Below are positions 16,806 through 37,439 of a stretch of DNA of 64,000 bases, in pieces; within the stretch, counting starts at the first letter, position 1, and each line of letters begins with the position of its first letter. A program made the position numbers and the translations under genes. The notes below the pieces were generated by a model that ran no database searches, was not told where the DNA came from, and was given only the letters and a program-made list of their open reading frames with translations. The stretch is from Neocallimastix sp. 'constans' (taxonomy: Eukaryota). The stretch is taken from assembly GCA_050613775.1 (NCBI GenBank), contig JBODTK010000114.1, forward strand, positions 1-64,000, in the 5' to 3' direction.

Positions 16806-19800
16806 CTAAAATGTTTTATCATTGTTATAATGTGATTTTTTATTCTTTATCGATGGAAGTTTTTTCTTTTCGCCAGATGGTAAATTTAGATATATTGATT
16901 CTTCTGATGATCCGTTATTATTAAGTTCTAAATTTGATTTATTTAATAAATACATATTATCTATTTTATTTTCATTATCTTCTTGATTATTATTATTATT
17001 ATTATTATTATTACTTTCATAATTGGAATTATCATTGTTTTTGGAACTATTATTGTAATTCTCATTAGTGGAACTACTTTCTTCACAATCATTACTACTA
17101 CTACTACTACTACTACTGCTACTACTATCACTACTATCACTACTACTAGTACTAGTACTATCAATTCCACTTCCATTAATACATTCATTATTATTATTGT
17201 TGTAATTTGTATGAGAGTAATCACAATCCTTATTTATAGTTTCTAAATCAGCGGCATTCAATATATTATTAGTATTAATCATAATCTCATTCTCTTCATT
17301 ACTATCTTTATAGTCATCTGGATCTAATATACTTTTAATTGTTACCGTCAGAGCTTTACCTTTACCTTTTGCTTTTTTCTTTTCATATTCAGCTATATTA
17401 TTATCAGAGAAGTGAATAAAGTTTGAACTATTTCTTAGACTAGATAGAGATGATTTATCCCTAGCTTCATTAGCAGCAGCAAGAATAGCAAGATTAATAT
17501 CTGCTTCTGACATGAAACTCTTTTGATATAATAAACTATTTTGATTTAGTATAGTACTTTTAGATCGTAATGGGAATTCAATATTATTTTCATTCTTCTC
17601 AATTAATATTTCACTTAATTTCTTTGAAATCATTGGTCTTGGTCTTTTCATATTAACATTATTTCCATTCAAATTGTTATCATTCATATTACTTCTAGTA
17701 TGGTTATTATTTTCATTATTATCATCTACTGTATTATTTTCATTATTATCATCCAATATATTGCTATTTTCATTTTTAGTTTCTTTATCATTATTCTTAG
17801 TATCTTTAATCATTTCATCATTTTCATTATCATCTCTTGATTTTTTCTTTTTCGATACACTATTAATTTTTTCTTCTTTATTCTCTTCATCTGTTACTAA
17901 AATATTGTTATTAAGATTATAGTTAGAATTTTTAATAGATGACTCGACTTTATTGTACTTAACTTTACTCCTATTTATCTTTCTATCTTGGAATATGATT
18001 TGTGCATCTGATGGATAATAATTTGATTTTACGCTATATATATGTAATTTTTTTTCATTAAGAATTAGATTATATTATTTTGAATAAAAAAAAATTATAT
18101 TAAAAATTATTTTTTGATTAATTATATCATTTAACCATTTTTAATAATTAATAAAAACAAAATTTACATAAATTATTTATTTAAATATTTAAATAATATA
18201 AAAATATTTATATAAATAAGAGAATGAAACACATACTAGTATACTACGTAATCCGGTATGAGTGCTGTAACAACAGCTAATAAGATAATCAAACCACAGC
18301 TTGGCATGTCAGTTAATACCAAAGAGGAAGATTCAAAATTTAAGAACAGGTAATCAATAATTAGTACGAATACAAAATATATAGAAAGAGATAATATACT
18401 AGTAATTAATGATAGTATTGTAAATCGTTCATGTATGGTTATGCATTTTATTGTGACTATAAGAATTAATATAGTCTGAATAATATAACATTGAGCCCAA
18501 AATGATACAGCAGAACTTCCATCCTGCCTCAAAATATTATCATTAAACATAAATATCATAACAAAAACAATTACTGTTGAAAATATAATTGATATTTAAA
18601 TATATATATATATTTATAATTTATAATTAATATATATATATATAATTTAATTTAATAAATAAAAGTGAAAAATTATATTTAAAATAACGATATGTTTTTT
18701 TGTAATATATATATTTATTAATTAATATGGTTGATTATTTACCTAAACCATGCCATATACTAGAAAAAATCCAACCAGCTCTTTTAGCCTTACTCCAATA
18801 TATACCATCTTTAACTTGTTTATATAATTCAGGATTTTCATAGATAGCTTTAATTCCAACATCTCTTTCATAACAAGCTAATACGAGAATAACAAAACAT
18901 GTATAGAATAGATTATATGATAATAAAAAGTAATTTTCTAATAGAGTCTAAAAAAATTATATGTTAAAATTTATTACATCATTATTAAAAAAAAAAAAAA
19001 AAAGAAAAAAGTATTTTTTTTTTATTTGTTAGTATTTTCAATTCTTTTTTTCCACATTAATTATAATATAAAATTTAAAAAAAAAAAATAAAATAAATGA
19101 ATATTATCATTTAAGTTATTTTTATTATACATACATTTCCACTCCAAAGAGATACAAAACCATAAGAAAAAAGAATTAAAGATAAAACAATATTTTTATA
19201 AAATGAGTATAAAATTAATTTTGTTATTTGAAGATAAGTATATCTTCCATGAACACATAGTAATGGTTTTAAAAATCTAAATTCCAAAAATGCATAATCA
19301 CTGGCTCTAACTGCTTGTGCTCCTTCTCTTCCCATGATTCCTACTCCAATATGTGCTGCTTGAATCATGGCAACATCATTTGCTCCATCACCAATGGCAA
19401 GAGTAACTGCTTTTAAATTGTGTCTTACAGCTTTCACAACATTGGCTTTTTGTATTGGGGTTACACGACAACAAATAACTGTTCGACATCTTATTCCTAC
19501 TTCAACAAATTTTCTTTGTAAAGGGGTTAGGTCTTTTGGATTATAGGGCTCATTATTTTTTTTTTTTTTCTTTTCCTCTTCTCTTTTTTTATTTTTTTCT
19601 CTTTCTCTTTGTCTTTGCTTCTTCTGTAATGCTATAAAGGTATTCCTTATACTACCGATACTTGTCATAATTATATCATTAATATTAAGAAATTTAATAT
19701 TTAAGTACTTGTTAATATTATTGGTATTATTGCTATTGCTAATTGCATCTTTATTGTTATCTTTACTAACAATTATACCATCATTATTGTTCATAATGTC

Positions 19801-20506
19801 ATTATTGTTATCAATAGTACCATGACGATCTTTGGCTGTATCATCTTTTATATTATTATCTACTTTAGATTCATTATTACCCTTATTCGTATCATTATTT
19901 ATGTTAAAATTTTCAGGATAAATTCTGTTATAATCATTCTTTTTATGAGAAGACAATTTATTGTTTATAAAGGATTGACTTTTCGTCACTGATCTATTTT
20001 CTTTATTTAAAAAATAATTACTACTATTAATTCGATTGTGACCATGATGATGATAATGACTATGACTATGATTTCGATTATGATTATGTGGGTGATTATT
20101 ATTATTATTTTTGTCCTTTTTTACAGGTCGACTTCCAAAAATAGCTGCTAAAGCATCTCCATTAACTACCAATACATTTTTTTCCCATTTGTAACTTAAT
20201 TTAGAATTATTAAAATTTTTATCATATCTTTCATCATACATAATAGAATCATCTTCATTTTTATCTTTTTTATTATATTTTATCATGGGATATCCCCATT
20301 CATCATTATTTTTCATTTCAGTAATAAATTTTTCTAGCGTTCTTTCACATCTACGATACGTTTTATCATTAAGTATCATTAAATTAGAGTTATTATTTAA
20401 TAGACATGATGATAATCCAATATTAATTGCTGTATCTTGTTGATCTCCCGTTAATAACCACATTTTTATTCCAGCCTATCAAATAATTATATAATATTTT
20501 TATTTT

Positions 20507-20569
<63 letters not shown>

Positions 20570-22639
20570 TTAATAAAAAAACATAATGTTAAATTTTCAA
20601 AAAAAAAAATATATATATTAATAAATCGTTATTAAAAATCTTAAAATAATATTTTGTTATTATAATAATACTGATAATATCATTAAAGAATATAAGTTAA
20701 TATATACATTTAATAAATAATCTATTGTTTCAGGTATATTATCTTGTAATTGATCTTCAACTGCTGTCAATCCTAATAATATTAAATCTTTTTCAATATA
20801 TTCTAATGCTTTTGCAATATTTTTAGTACGATTTCCTAAACTACATTCTGCTTTCCTATACATATTGATAAAAGTTTCATATGTTTCTTTATCGATAATT
20901 CTTTCAGCTATCATTAAAACTCTATATCCCATTTTCCCAAATAATTTCAACGCATTCATTGTATTAGTGAGTACAGTTTCATTATTTACAGCTGGATTGG
21001 TTGACAATCTTCTTGATATGACATCATCAGCACCTTTGGTATAAAGTGTATATACTGGTCCTTTATCTGTTTCTCTCTTTACAATAACTGTCATACATTT
21101 TCTATCACTAGTAAATTCAGTTAAAAGTAATATCTCATGTGATTCCTCATCATCCCATATTTGAAATTCAATAGTATCTTTGGATCTCGATATTAATCGT
21201 ATTCCAGCTTTTTCTAATCCAGTAACAATAGCTGTTTCGTCAGGAGATTGACTTTCATATACTGCCTTAAAACTTTTTGGATCAAAAGATATCATAACTT
21301 CATGACAAGTTGCTAGGGCTCTACAATATTCTAATATCTTATCTTTAAATTCTTCATTTTTTATTGAACCATCGTTATCTGTTGCTTTATACAGATTATG
21401 TACTTCTTGATGAAGACAAGAAGGTTCATTATATGCATCAAAAATTTTCCCATCAATACACCATTTTGTTAGTATCATTAAATTTTTCGTTAATGTACCT
21501 GTTTTATCACTAAATATGTATTGTATAGCACCAAGATCTTCTCCTAAATTTAAACTATTAACTTTCATCGGTACCCATTGCTTAGCTTTTAAACTTGAAT
21601 TTGAATTTGAACTAAAATCAAATTGATCTTGTCTTTGTTCTGATAAATTTATTAAATTTGTATCTGAATTTGAATCTGAATTTAAACTTTGATTATCATT
21701 ATGTTGTTCAGTTAATTCTTCTAATTTTGGTAATAAATGTCGATATGATTGGGATTTTGCTAGTTGAACTTTTCTATTTTTGTTAGTAACATCTGCTGAA
21801 TTGACTCTACTGCTGATAAGATTTGGATCAGTATCTAAATTTAAAATAGTATCATTATTAAGTTTTACTTCGGTTTCTATTTCCTTTTGACCCATCATCT
21901 CATGATCCCAATGAAAGAACCAACTTTGTATTATACGAACGACTTCCAAAGTTACAAATAAACTAAGTGGAACAAAATATGTATATAAAGCGAAGAACGA
22001 TAAAACACTTTTTAAAAATTCTGAAAAAGAATTCCATTTACCACCAGCATATAAATACCAATGATGATAATGTCGTTTGTGTTTAATAATTCTATGAGAA
22101 TCGAGAAGTTGAAGCACTACAGATACAAGTAAAATAATGAAATTTAAAATAAATATATAAATTAAATATCGATTTAATTGAGGTTCCAATGTACTCATCT
22201 TCAATCCAACTTGTTTTGAATTTCTAAATACTTTAGTTTCTCTTCCTGTATAGATTGCCATTAAATAGACACAATCAGTATTTCTTAAAACGGATCCTCT
22301 GAATAACATTTGATTAATGTTTAGTGATAATGAGGAATTCGGCATAGATGATCCAACTTTAACAAAGGAACTATTTCCTCTTATCAAATTAGAGACATTA
22401 CTAATATTTTTTTTAATTTCTCTACTAATAGAACTGATATTCGTTTTACTGGTATTAACACTATAGGTATCTTTATGTCGTGGTTTAAATACTGTCTCAA
22501 AATATAATCTTCCTTCAAATGAAGAAAAACTATCACATGGTGGTTCACATTGTATTTTTCCTTGAATTTTTGAAAATTCTTCTAAACTTCTAATGCACGA
22601 TAGTTCTGATAAAGATGTTTTCTTTTTTAAACTTGTTTC

Positions 22640-22718
<79 letters not shown>

Positions 22719-22853
22719 AATTACCATTATATTATATTTCCATAAAATAGTAAAAAAAAGATAATATTGAAATAATAATAATAATAATAATAAATATAAT
22801 AATAATAATAAATATAATAATAATAATAATAATAAATATAATAATAATAATAA

Positions 22854-22899
<46 letters not shown>

Positions 22900-22917
22900 T
22901 AATAATAATAATAATAA

Positions 22918-23012
<95 letters not shown>

Positions 23013-24326
23013 TAATGGTTAAAATTATATTAAAATTTATATTGCTTGAAAAGAGAAGAATATTTATTCATTATATATTTATTATCATTAATTATCATTT
23101 ATTCTTATATATAAAGAAAAGAATATCAATACCCATCTAAATCAGACGTTTCAACATAACACACACCATCATCATTTGATGAACTTAATAGTAAACAATC
23201 AGCTGGTATTTTTTCATTTTTTTGTATTACAATCTTTAGTTCATAATATTTTAATAGTTTCAAAAATTAAAGTAATTTATATATTTATATATTATATAAA
23301 TTAAAAAATATATATAAATGAATATGGTTTGTATAATACGAAAATACTAGAGAGAGAGAGAAAAAAAAAAAAAAAAAAGAATAAATATCATACAACATCC
23401 CCAGGAAATATATTTTTACATAGAACTTGTTGTACTTCATTATTTCTTAATATATAATATGGTTCTCTATTAGCTTTTTTATCATCCATTCTTCTTTTCT
23501 ATTAAATATATTTTAATATTAAAAGTAGAATTAATATATAACTTTAATAAAATTACACTACTTATATAAATATATTTATATTTGATTCATTCTGTTAAAA
23601 TTAAAATATAATCGAAATTACAATATCCCCATATGCATCTTTTATAGCTGTGACCGAAAGAACAATGATTAATGGCATAATTTGTGCTACAGGACTTACC
23701 ACAGTGTATCCAAATAATGTTGATAATGCACCAAGAAGAAAATATATATTTGAAAATCTATGAAACTATTATTAGAGTATATAAAATTATATATATATAT
23801 ATATTTTATAAATTTGAAAGAAAATAGCAATATAAAAAATTTAAATTTTAGTAATTGTTAACACTATTATGTTATAATTGAAAGTCATTATTTTAGATCA
23901 TTATTTTAGATTTAGGTTATATTGTTTATTCTATTTTACTCTATTCTATTTTATTTTATTTTTTAAATTAACCTGTGACCATAAATTCAATGGTATAAAA
24001 GTAAATATATTATACTTTGTTGTTTTTATACGGTTAGCATTTGGTTTTATTTCCTCTTCTGTTGGAGGAAAGTTTATTTCATAGACAATTTTATTTTCCT
24101 CTATTTCATCATCAAAATTATTGCCATTTAATGAGGTACTACTAACATTAATATTTTTATTTAGTTCTGTTAATTGAACTTCTCGATCATGTATTTCAAT
24201 AATATTATTATCAGTTATGGTTAATACTAGATTTGATTTTTCATTATTTAATAAATTATTATTACTTGAATCTTTCTTTATATTATTTATAGATTCATTA
24301 TTTGAATCTTTTTTATCTGTTGACAT
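16806..24326 (-). CDS. P4-type ATPase (phospholipid flippase), paralog A, multi-exon
   Basis: N-terminal [10 protein letters not shown]-domain [16 protein letters not shown]4 VPLSL, phosphorylation site [52 protein letters not shown], and a long low-complexity C-tail. Confidence 0.95.
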
Positions 24327-25369
24327 TATTATATTACTTTATAAATAATCTTCTCTCTCTTTTTTTTTTTTTAGTTATTTATATTAATTTTTGTTTGTAT
24401 TATTATTTTATTATTCTTGGTAATATTTTATATAATTTTAAAATACTATATTTTTTATTAATAGTAAAAAACTTATAATTAATAACAAATGTTCAATATA
24501 TTTATTTTTTCTTCTAATATTCGCATCATATATATAAATAAATATATGTCATTTGGATTTATTATTAAAATAATAATATTTTGATTTCTTTTTAATTTAG
24601 TTAAATAATGTAATAATTAATTAGTATATTTTATTGAAATAATATGGAATTAGAATAGTTATTTTTTATTTTTATTATTATTATTTTTTTTTACATAATA
24701 ATTATTTGCTATTATTACTATTAATTTTTTTTTTTTTTTTTTTTGCTTTTGTTTTTGTTTTTTGTTTTTTGTATACTTAATGTAATAAATTGTACTTAAT
24801 TTTTTAATATTAATATGTAATATTAATGAATTTCATTGTAAAATATTTTTATTTTAATTTTTTTAATAATTTTTAAGTCGATAAATCCTTTATTATTAAC
24901 TTTATTTTTTTTTATCATCTATAATCTTAATATAAGAATTATAATCTTAATATAAGAATTATAATTTTTATTATTAATATAATTATTTATTATTAATTAA
25001 TAATAATAATATTATTATTATTATTTTTATTTTATTGTTATAATTTTTTATTAATTATTTATATGGATATTATTAATAATGTGTATTTATCCAAAACTTT
25101 AAATAAATTTAATTTTTATATTAAACAAAAAGATCTCTCCAAAAAAAAAAAAAAAAAAAACAAAAACAAAAAATTTAAATTTTTTAATCGGACTTATTTA
25201 TAAATAATAAAATAAAAAATAAATAGTATAATAATTTATAAATAATAAAATAAAGATAATAAAATAAAAACAAAATAATAATAAAATATTTAATAAGATA
25301 TTAAAAGTAATTAAATAAAATAAAATAAAATAAAATACAAAATAAAATAAAATACAAAATAAAATAAAA

Positions 25370-25706
25370 TACAAAATAAAATAAAATACAAAATAAAATA
25401 AAATAAAAAATAAAATAAAATAATAAATAATAATAAATAATTATATTAATAAAACAATTAATAATGAAATAATAAATAATATATTTATATATTTTTTAAT
25501 ATTATTACATAAAAAATTAAATATAATAGCATTTCATCTACTTCTACCTTGGTTAGTTTATAAATATAAAATAAAATACAAAATAAAATAAAATACAAAA
25601 TAAAATAAAATAAAAAATAAAATAAAATAATAAATAAAATAAAATAATAAATAATAATAAATAATTATATTAATAAAACAATTAATAATGAAATAATAAA
25701 TAATAT
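25370..25706. repeat. Local duplication of about 120-130 bp between the two flippase genes
   Basis: Segment ending ...taattatattaataaaacaattaataatgaaataataaataatat occurs at about 25370-25484 and 25565-25706. Confidence 0.7.
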
Positions 25707-26071
25707 AATAAAAATAATAATAATAATAAATAAAAAATTAAATAATTTAAAATTATTAAATATTAAAATTCTTAATTTTTTATTCAATATCGTTTAATAC
25801 ATATTATTATATATTATATATATACAATATAATAATCTTTTATATTCTAAAATTTAAGAAAAAAAAAATTTTTTTTTTATATATATGTTTAATAAATAAT
25901 GCTTTTTATATATATATAGTTATTTTTTTTAATAGTAATATAAGTTATTGTTATTTAATTAAAAAAAAAAAATGGTATATAAACGATAAATAAATGTTGT
26001 ATAAAATGATTAATCTTTTATATATATATAAATATGATTAATAATATATATATACATATATATATATATAT

Positions 26072-26105
<34 letters not shown>

Positions 26106-26204
26106 GTTGTATTAATAGTATTTAATTATATATATTATATGTTTCTATGATTTATATATAATGTATAAATATTAATATATATATATTTTCTGTAATTTTT
26201 TCTA

Positions 26205-33014
<6,810 letters not shown>

Positions 33015-34083
33015 TTATAATATATATATATATTAATAATCTTCAAAAATTTTAATTATTATTACTATTATTAAAATTTGTTATGTATATGTTTTTATAA
33101 ATGTTTAAATATATTTATATATATGTTGATGGGTTAATGTTGTTATAAGGATGTTTTATTATTTAAATATATAGAAAATTTTTTTCTATTTTATATATTA
33201 TAATACTTGATGTAAAAAAAAAAGTATTTTGATGATTGTATATTTCAATATTACAAGTGCATTTATTAATTGTATATCATTTATATATATATTATGCAGA
33301 TATATATTATTTTTTATTTATTTTGTTTTATTTTTATTTTTTTATTTTTATTTTTTTATTTTTTTTTATTTTTTTATTTTATTTTATTTTATTTTTTTTT
33401 TTTTTTTTTTTTTAATTAAAGACTTTTTATAACTTATTATATTCTATAATTTTATTATATATAAATCATGATTAAATGTATAGTTAATTGATGCTTGAAA
33501 TATGAATATGTGTATTTAATTTTTTTTTTCTTTAAAAAAAAAGATAAAAAAATTAAAAAATAATAAAAATAAATTAAAATAATAATAATAATAATAACTT
33601 TTCGAGGAATTTTTTAATTATAAAGTAGGTTTAAATAAAAATAAAATAATAAAATTTCTTAATTTCTCTTTATTATTTTAATATTAATAATATTACAAAT
33701 GCACTATAATAAATATTAAAATTAATTATTAATATAAAAAAAATATAATATTTATAATAGTAATAAATATTTAAATTATAATAGCAATACTAATACTAAT
33801 ACTAAAAACTAATAATATTTTATTTTTTTCTTTTTTAATTTTTCTGGTATTTTATATCTTCATAATGTTTAAATCTTTTTATAGAATTTCATTTTTAATT
33901 ATATAAAATAAATTATTAAAAATAACTTAAAAAATTTAAACTCTATATTTATACATAAAATTTTATTATATATTAAAAGGAACAAATACTAATATTTAAG
34001 ATTTAATTACCTTTGGTAATAAAGTAAAAATATATGACAATATATATATCATAATAATAATTATAAAAGATTGTATTAATTAT

Positions 34084-34180
<97 letters not shown>

Positions 34181-34281
34181 GTAATAATAATAATAATAGT
34201 AATAATAATAATAATAATATATTTAATAATTATTTTTTATAATAATAATTATATAATAATAATAATAATAATAAAAGTATT

Positions 34282-34312
<31 letters not shown>

Positions 34313-35603
34313 TTAATAATAAATGAATGAATGAATGAATGAATAAATAATAAATAAAAATTACTAAAACCTATTATTTTAATATTATATTCTTTATTAT
34401 ATATTATGAATATACTATATAAAAAAAACATTGTAAAATTATATTTATTATTATTTTTTTTTTTTTTAATAAAAAAATATATATATATATATATATTTTT
34501 CTTAATGGACAAAAATTTGATCATTCTATAACAAATTTTAACTTTATACTTTTGTATATTTATATATTATATTAATATAATTAGTAGTAAATGTTTCATT
34601 ATATTTTTTAAAAATTATTTACAAAAAAAGTTTAAATAACAAAAAAAAAAAAAAAAAAAAAAGAAGAAAATAAAAAAAAAAAAATTTTTTTTCTAATTAT
34701 ATTTATTTAATTAAATTTTTTTAATAAAAATACTTAATGTATGTAATAATAATAATCTCTATTGAAGTAATTATTAAATTATAAAAAATTTTTTTTTTTT
34801 ACTGCCGCAATTATTGTGAATATATAACTTTATTAATTTATTCATTTATTAATTACATGAATATTTTTTTTTTTTTTTTTTTTTATAAAAAAACATACAA
34901 TTAATAAAAAAATAAATATTATTTTTCCAATTGGAACATAATAATATTTAAAATAGTAATATGAAATAAAAAGTTATATTCAAAAAAAAGTCCATACGCA
35001 ACGAACCTTATTTCCAACAATATAAGATTTCTCTTTTAAAAGGAATTCATATTCCGGATTAGGATTTGAATTGACTATATGAAAAAAATTATGGTCTTCT
35101 CCGCCTGTCTTACAGCATTTTCAGCGTTGACGCTCCTTCGCACCAAGAATGGCGTTTTAGAATAATTACCAGAAACGATTTGGTTATTAAACAAAACATT
35201 CAATTCTATTTTATAATTTAAATCAATAATATCTGCATCTCTTCCACCCATAAGGCAATAAGGATGTTAAATACCATGCCATATATATATTTACACACTC
35301 ATTATTCAGAAAATTACTAATATTAACACGATTTTCATTAATTGATCAGATAAAGAAGGATAGTCAATAATATATACTAGAATATGTGAAATTTATGAAA
35401 AAAAAAAAGCTTCAAATGAATTGAAATAAATTGTAATATAAATCACGAGCAAGCAATAATGTATTAATATAAAACAATTAATTTATAATAATTTTTTTAT
35501 AGACTTAGAGAAAACTTTATTTAATTTATAATAATAATAAAATTACATGATTTTAAAGAAAAAAAAATAAAATACATGAAATGAAATATTATATATTATA
35601 TAA

Positions 35604-35801
35604 TTATAAAAGAGTGTTAAAATCAATAGTTTTTAACTTTTCCCATTCATCGATGATAACTCCACGTCCATTATTGTGAGTAATAATTTCAGTATTAGTG
35701 TTATCAAACGAATCTGTATCAGATCTCTCACTGGGAGGTGAAAATCCATGCCTTATCATTTTGACGTCGATCCTCTTAGCAACGATAGATTTAACGGAAT
35801 A
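35604..35801 (-). pseudogene. Decayed AAA+/P-loop NTPase-like fragment
   Basis: 65-codon stretch YSVKSIVAKRI...GRGVIIDEWEKLKTIDFNTLL resembles a broken Walker A (GxGKS..AK.I) and a Walker B with its trailing segment (hhhDExxK...N.LL); flanked by stops, no full gene. Confidence 0.4.
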
Positions 35802-36088
35802 CTATTTCATCATCAATCTAAAAAATTTATAATAATTAAGTGCTTATAAATCTTTATTATAAAAATATATTAATAAAGTTGACATAATTATAAACCCTAA
35901 ATTCATGACTATATCATAAATATATATATATAATATTTTGATTATTAATAATTACGAATTTGATACTTTTATTATTTTCTTTAATAATAATAAAAAAAGA
36001 ATTGTCATATAATTTATTAATTTTTTTTTTTTTAATTACATATATTATATACATTTTATAATTTTGGATTATTATTATTATTACTATT

Positions 36089-36130
<42 letters not shown>

Positions 36131-36217
36131 ATTATCATTTATTGTTTTAGTTTACAATTTAAAAATTTTTCTTTTTTACAGTAAAAAATGTTAAGATAAG
36201 TAATGGGTTTTTTTTAA

Positions 36218-36270
<53 letters not shown>

Positions 36271-36435
36271 ATTAAAAAATTCTTAATAGTCAGGTTAATG
36301 TAAAAAAAAAAAAAGAATGTTATTAATAAAAATTACAAAATTTATTTAGTTTATCTATATAATATATTATATTATTTTTGATTGGGTGACTTTGATAATG
36401 TTATTTTATTTACTTAATTATTTAATATTTTTTTA

Positions 36436-36483
<48 letters not shown>

Positions 36484-36524
36484 GATTTGTAATATTTAAT
36501 ATTTAAACAAAATATAAACTTTGG

Positions 36525-37350
36525 TTAACCATGAGTAACTCTAATGAAAATATTACTGAATGGTAATGGATCACCACGTCTATCTCTTAATGTTAAATGT
36601 CTGTAACCAGATTTTAACTTCTTTACTGGAAGAGTAAAAGATCCGATGACTTGCTTCTTTAATAAATTGTATTCATGAACCTTAATTCTATAAATATTTT
36701 ATATATGATGAAATATAATTATTATTATTTATCATTTAATATTTAACTATTTATTATTATTTATTATTTATGTATTTACGAATCTATGAATTTATACATT
36801 TATTATTTTTATTACCTAAGGAATGCAAGTTCTGGATTTTTAAAGTTATATGATACTTTTTCATTAAATACGGGATTGAAACCATTGTCTCTAATAACCT
36901 TTGAACGATACTTATTTTTGATTTCATCACCCATATCACTACTACCTTTTCCTTCTTTCATGACAGAATCAGCTAAAACTTCAACAGTGACTTGAGTATC
37001 AATAATATCACCTTCATCCTTGAATTTTGGTTTAACTAATTTTTGGGCTGAAATAATCTATATTTAACAATAATAATAATAATTATAATAATAATAAATA
37101 TGAATATATTAAAATACATTAATTATTTAGTAAAATAAAAAAATATATTATTTTATTTTACAAAATTTAAAAAATTATTTTATATTTACCTCAATAGTTA
37201 AACGACTCCATGCTTTAGATGGTCGATATTCAGCACCAGATCTTAGATAATAAGGCTTAAGTACGTATCCTTGATAATTAGTTTGTTGGAACATAGCATC
37301 ATTGACCTTAAAATAGTTATATTAATTGAATTATTATTAAATATTAATTA

Positions 37351-37439
<89 letters not shown>

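Noticed and set aside
16961..17922. Overlapping hydrophobic ORFs in the flippase A tail, and similar ones at 2683-2874, 28449-28711 and 29843-30428
   Set aside because: Alternate-frame or antisense readings of real exons.
35604..35817. Extra terminal exon of PLC
   Set aside because: The PLC C2 domain ends normally at TAA 36525 and this peptide is not PLC-like.
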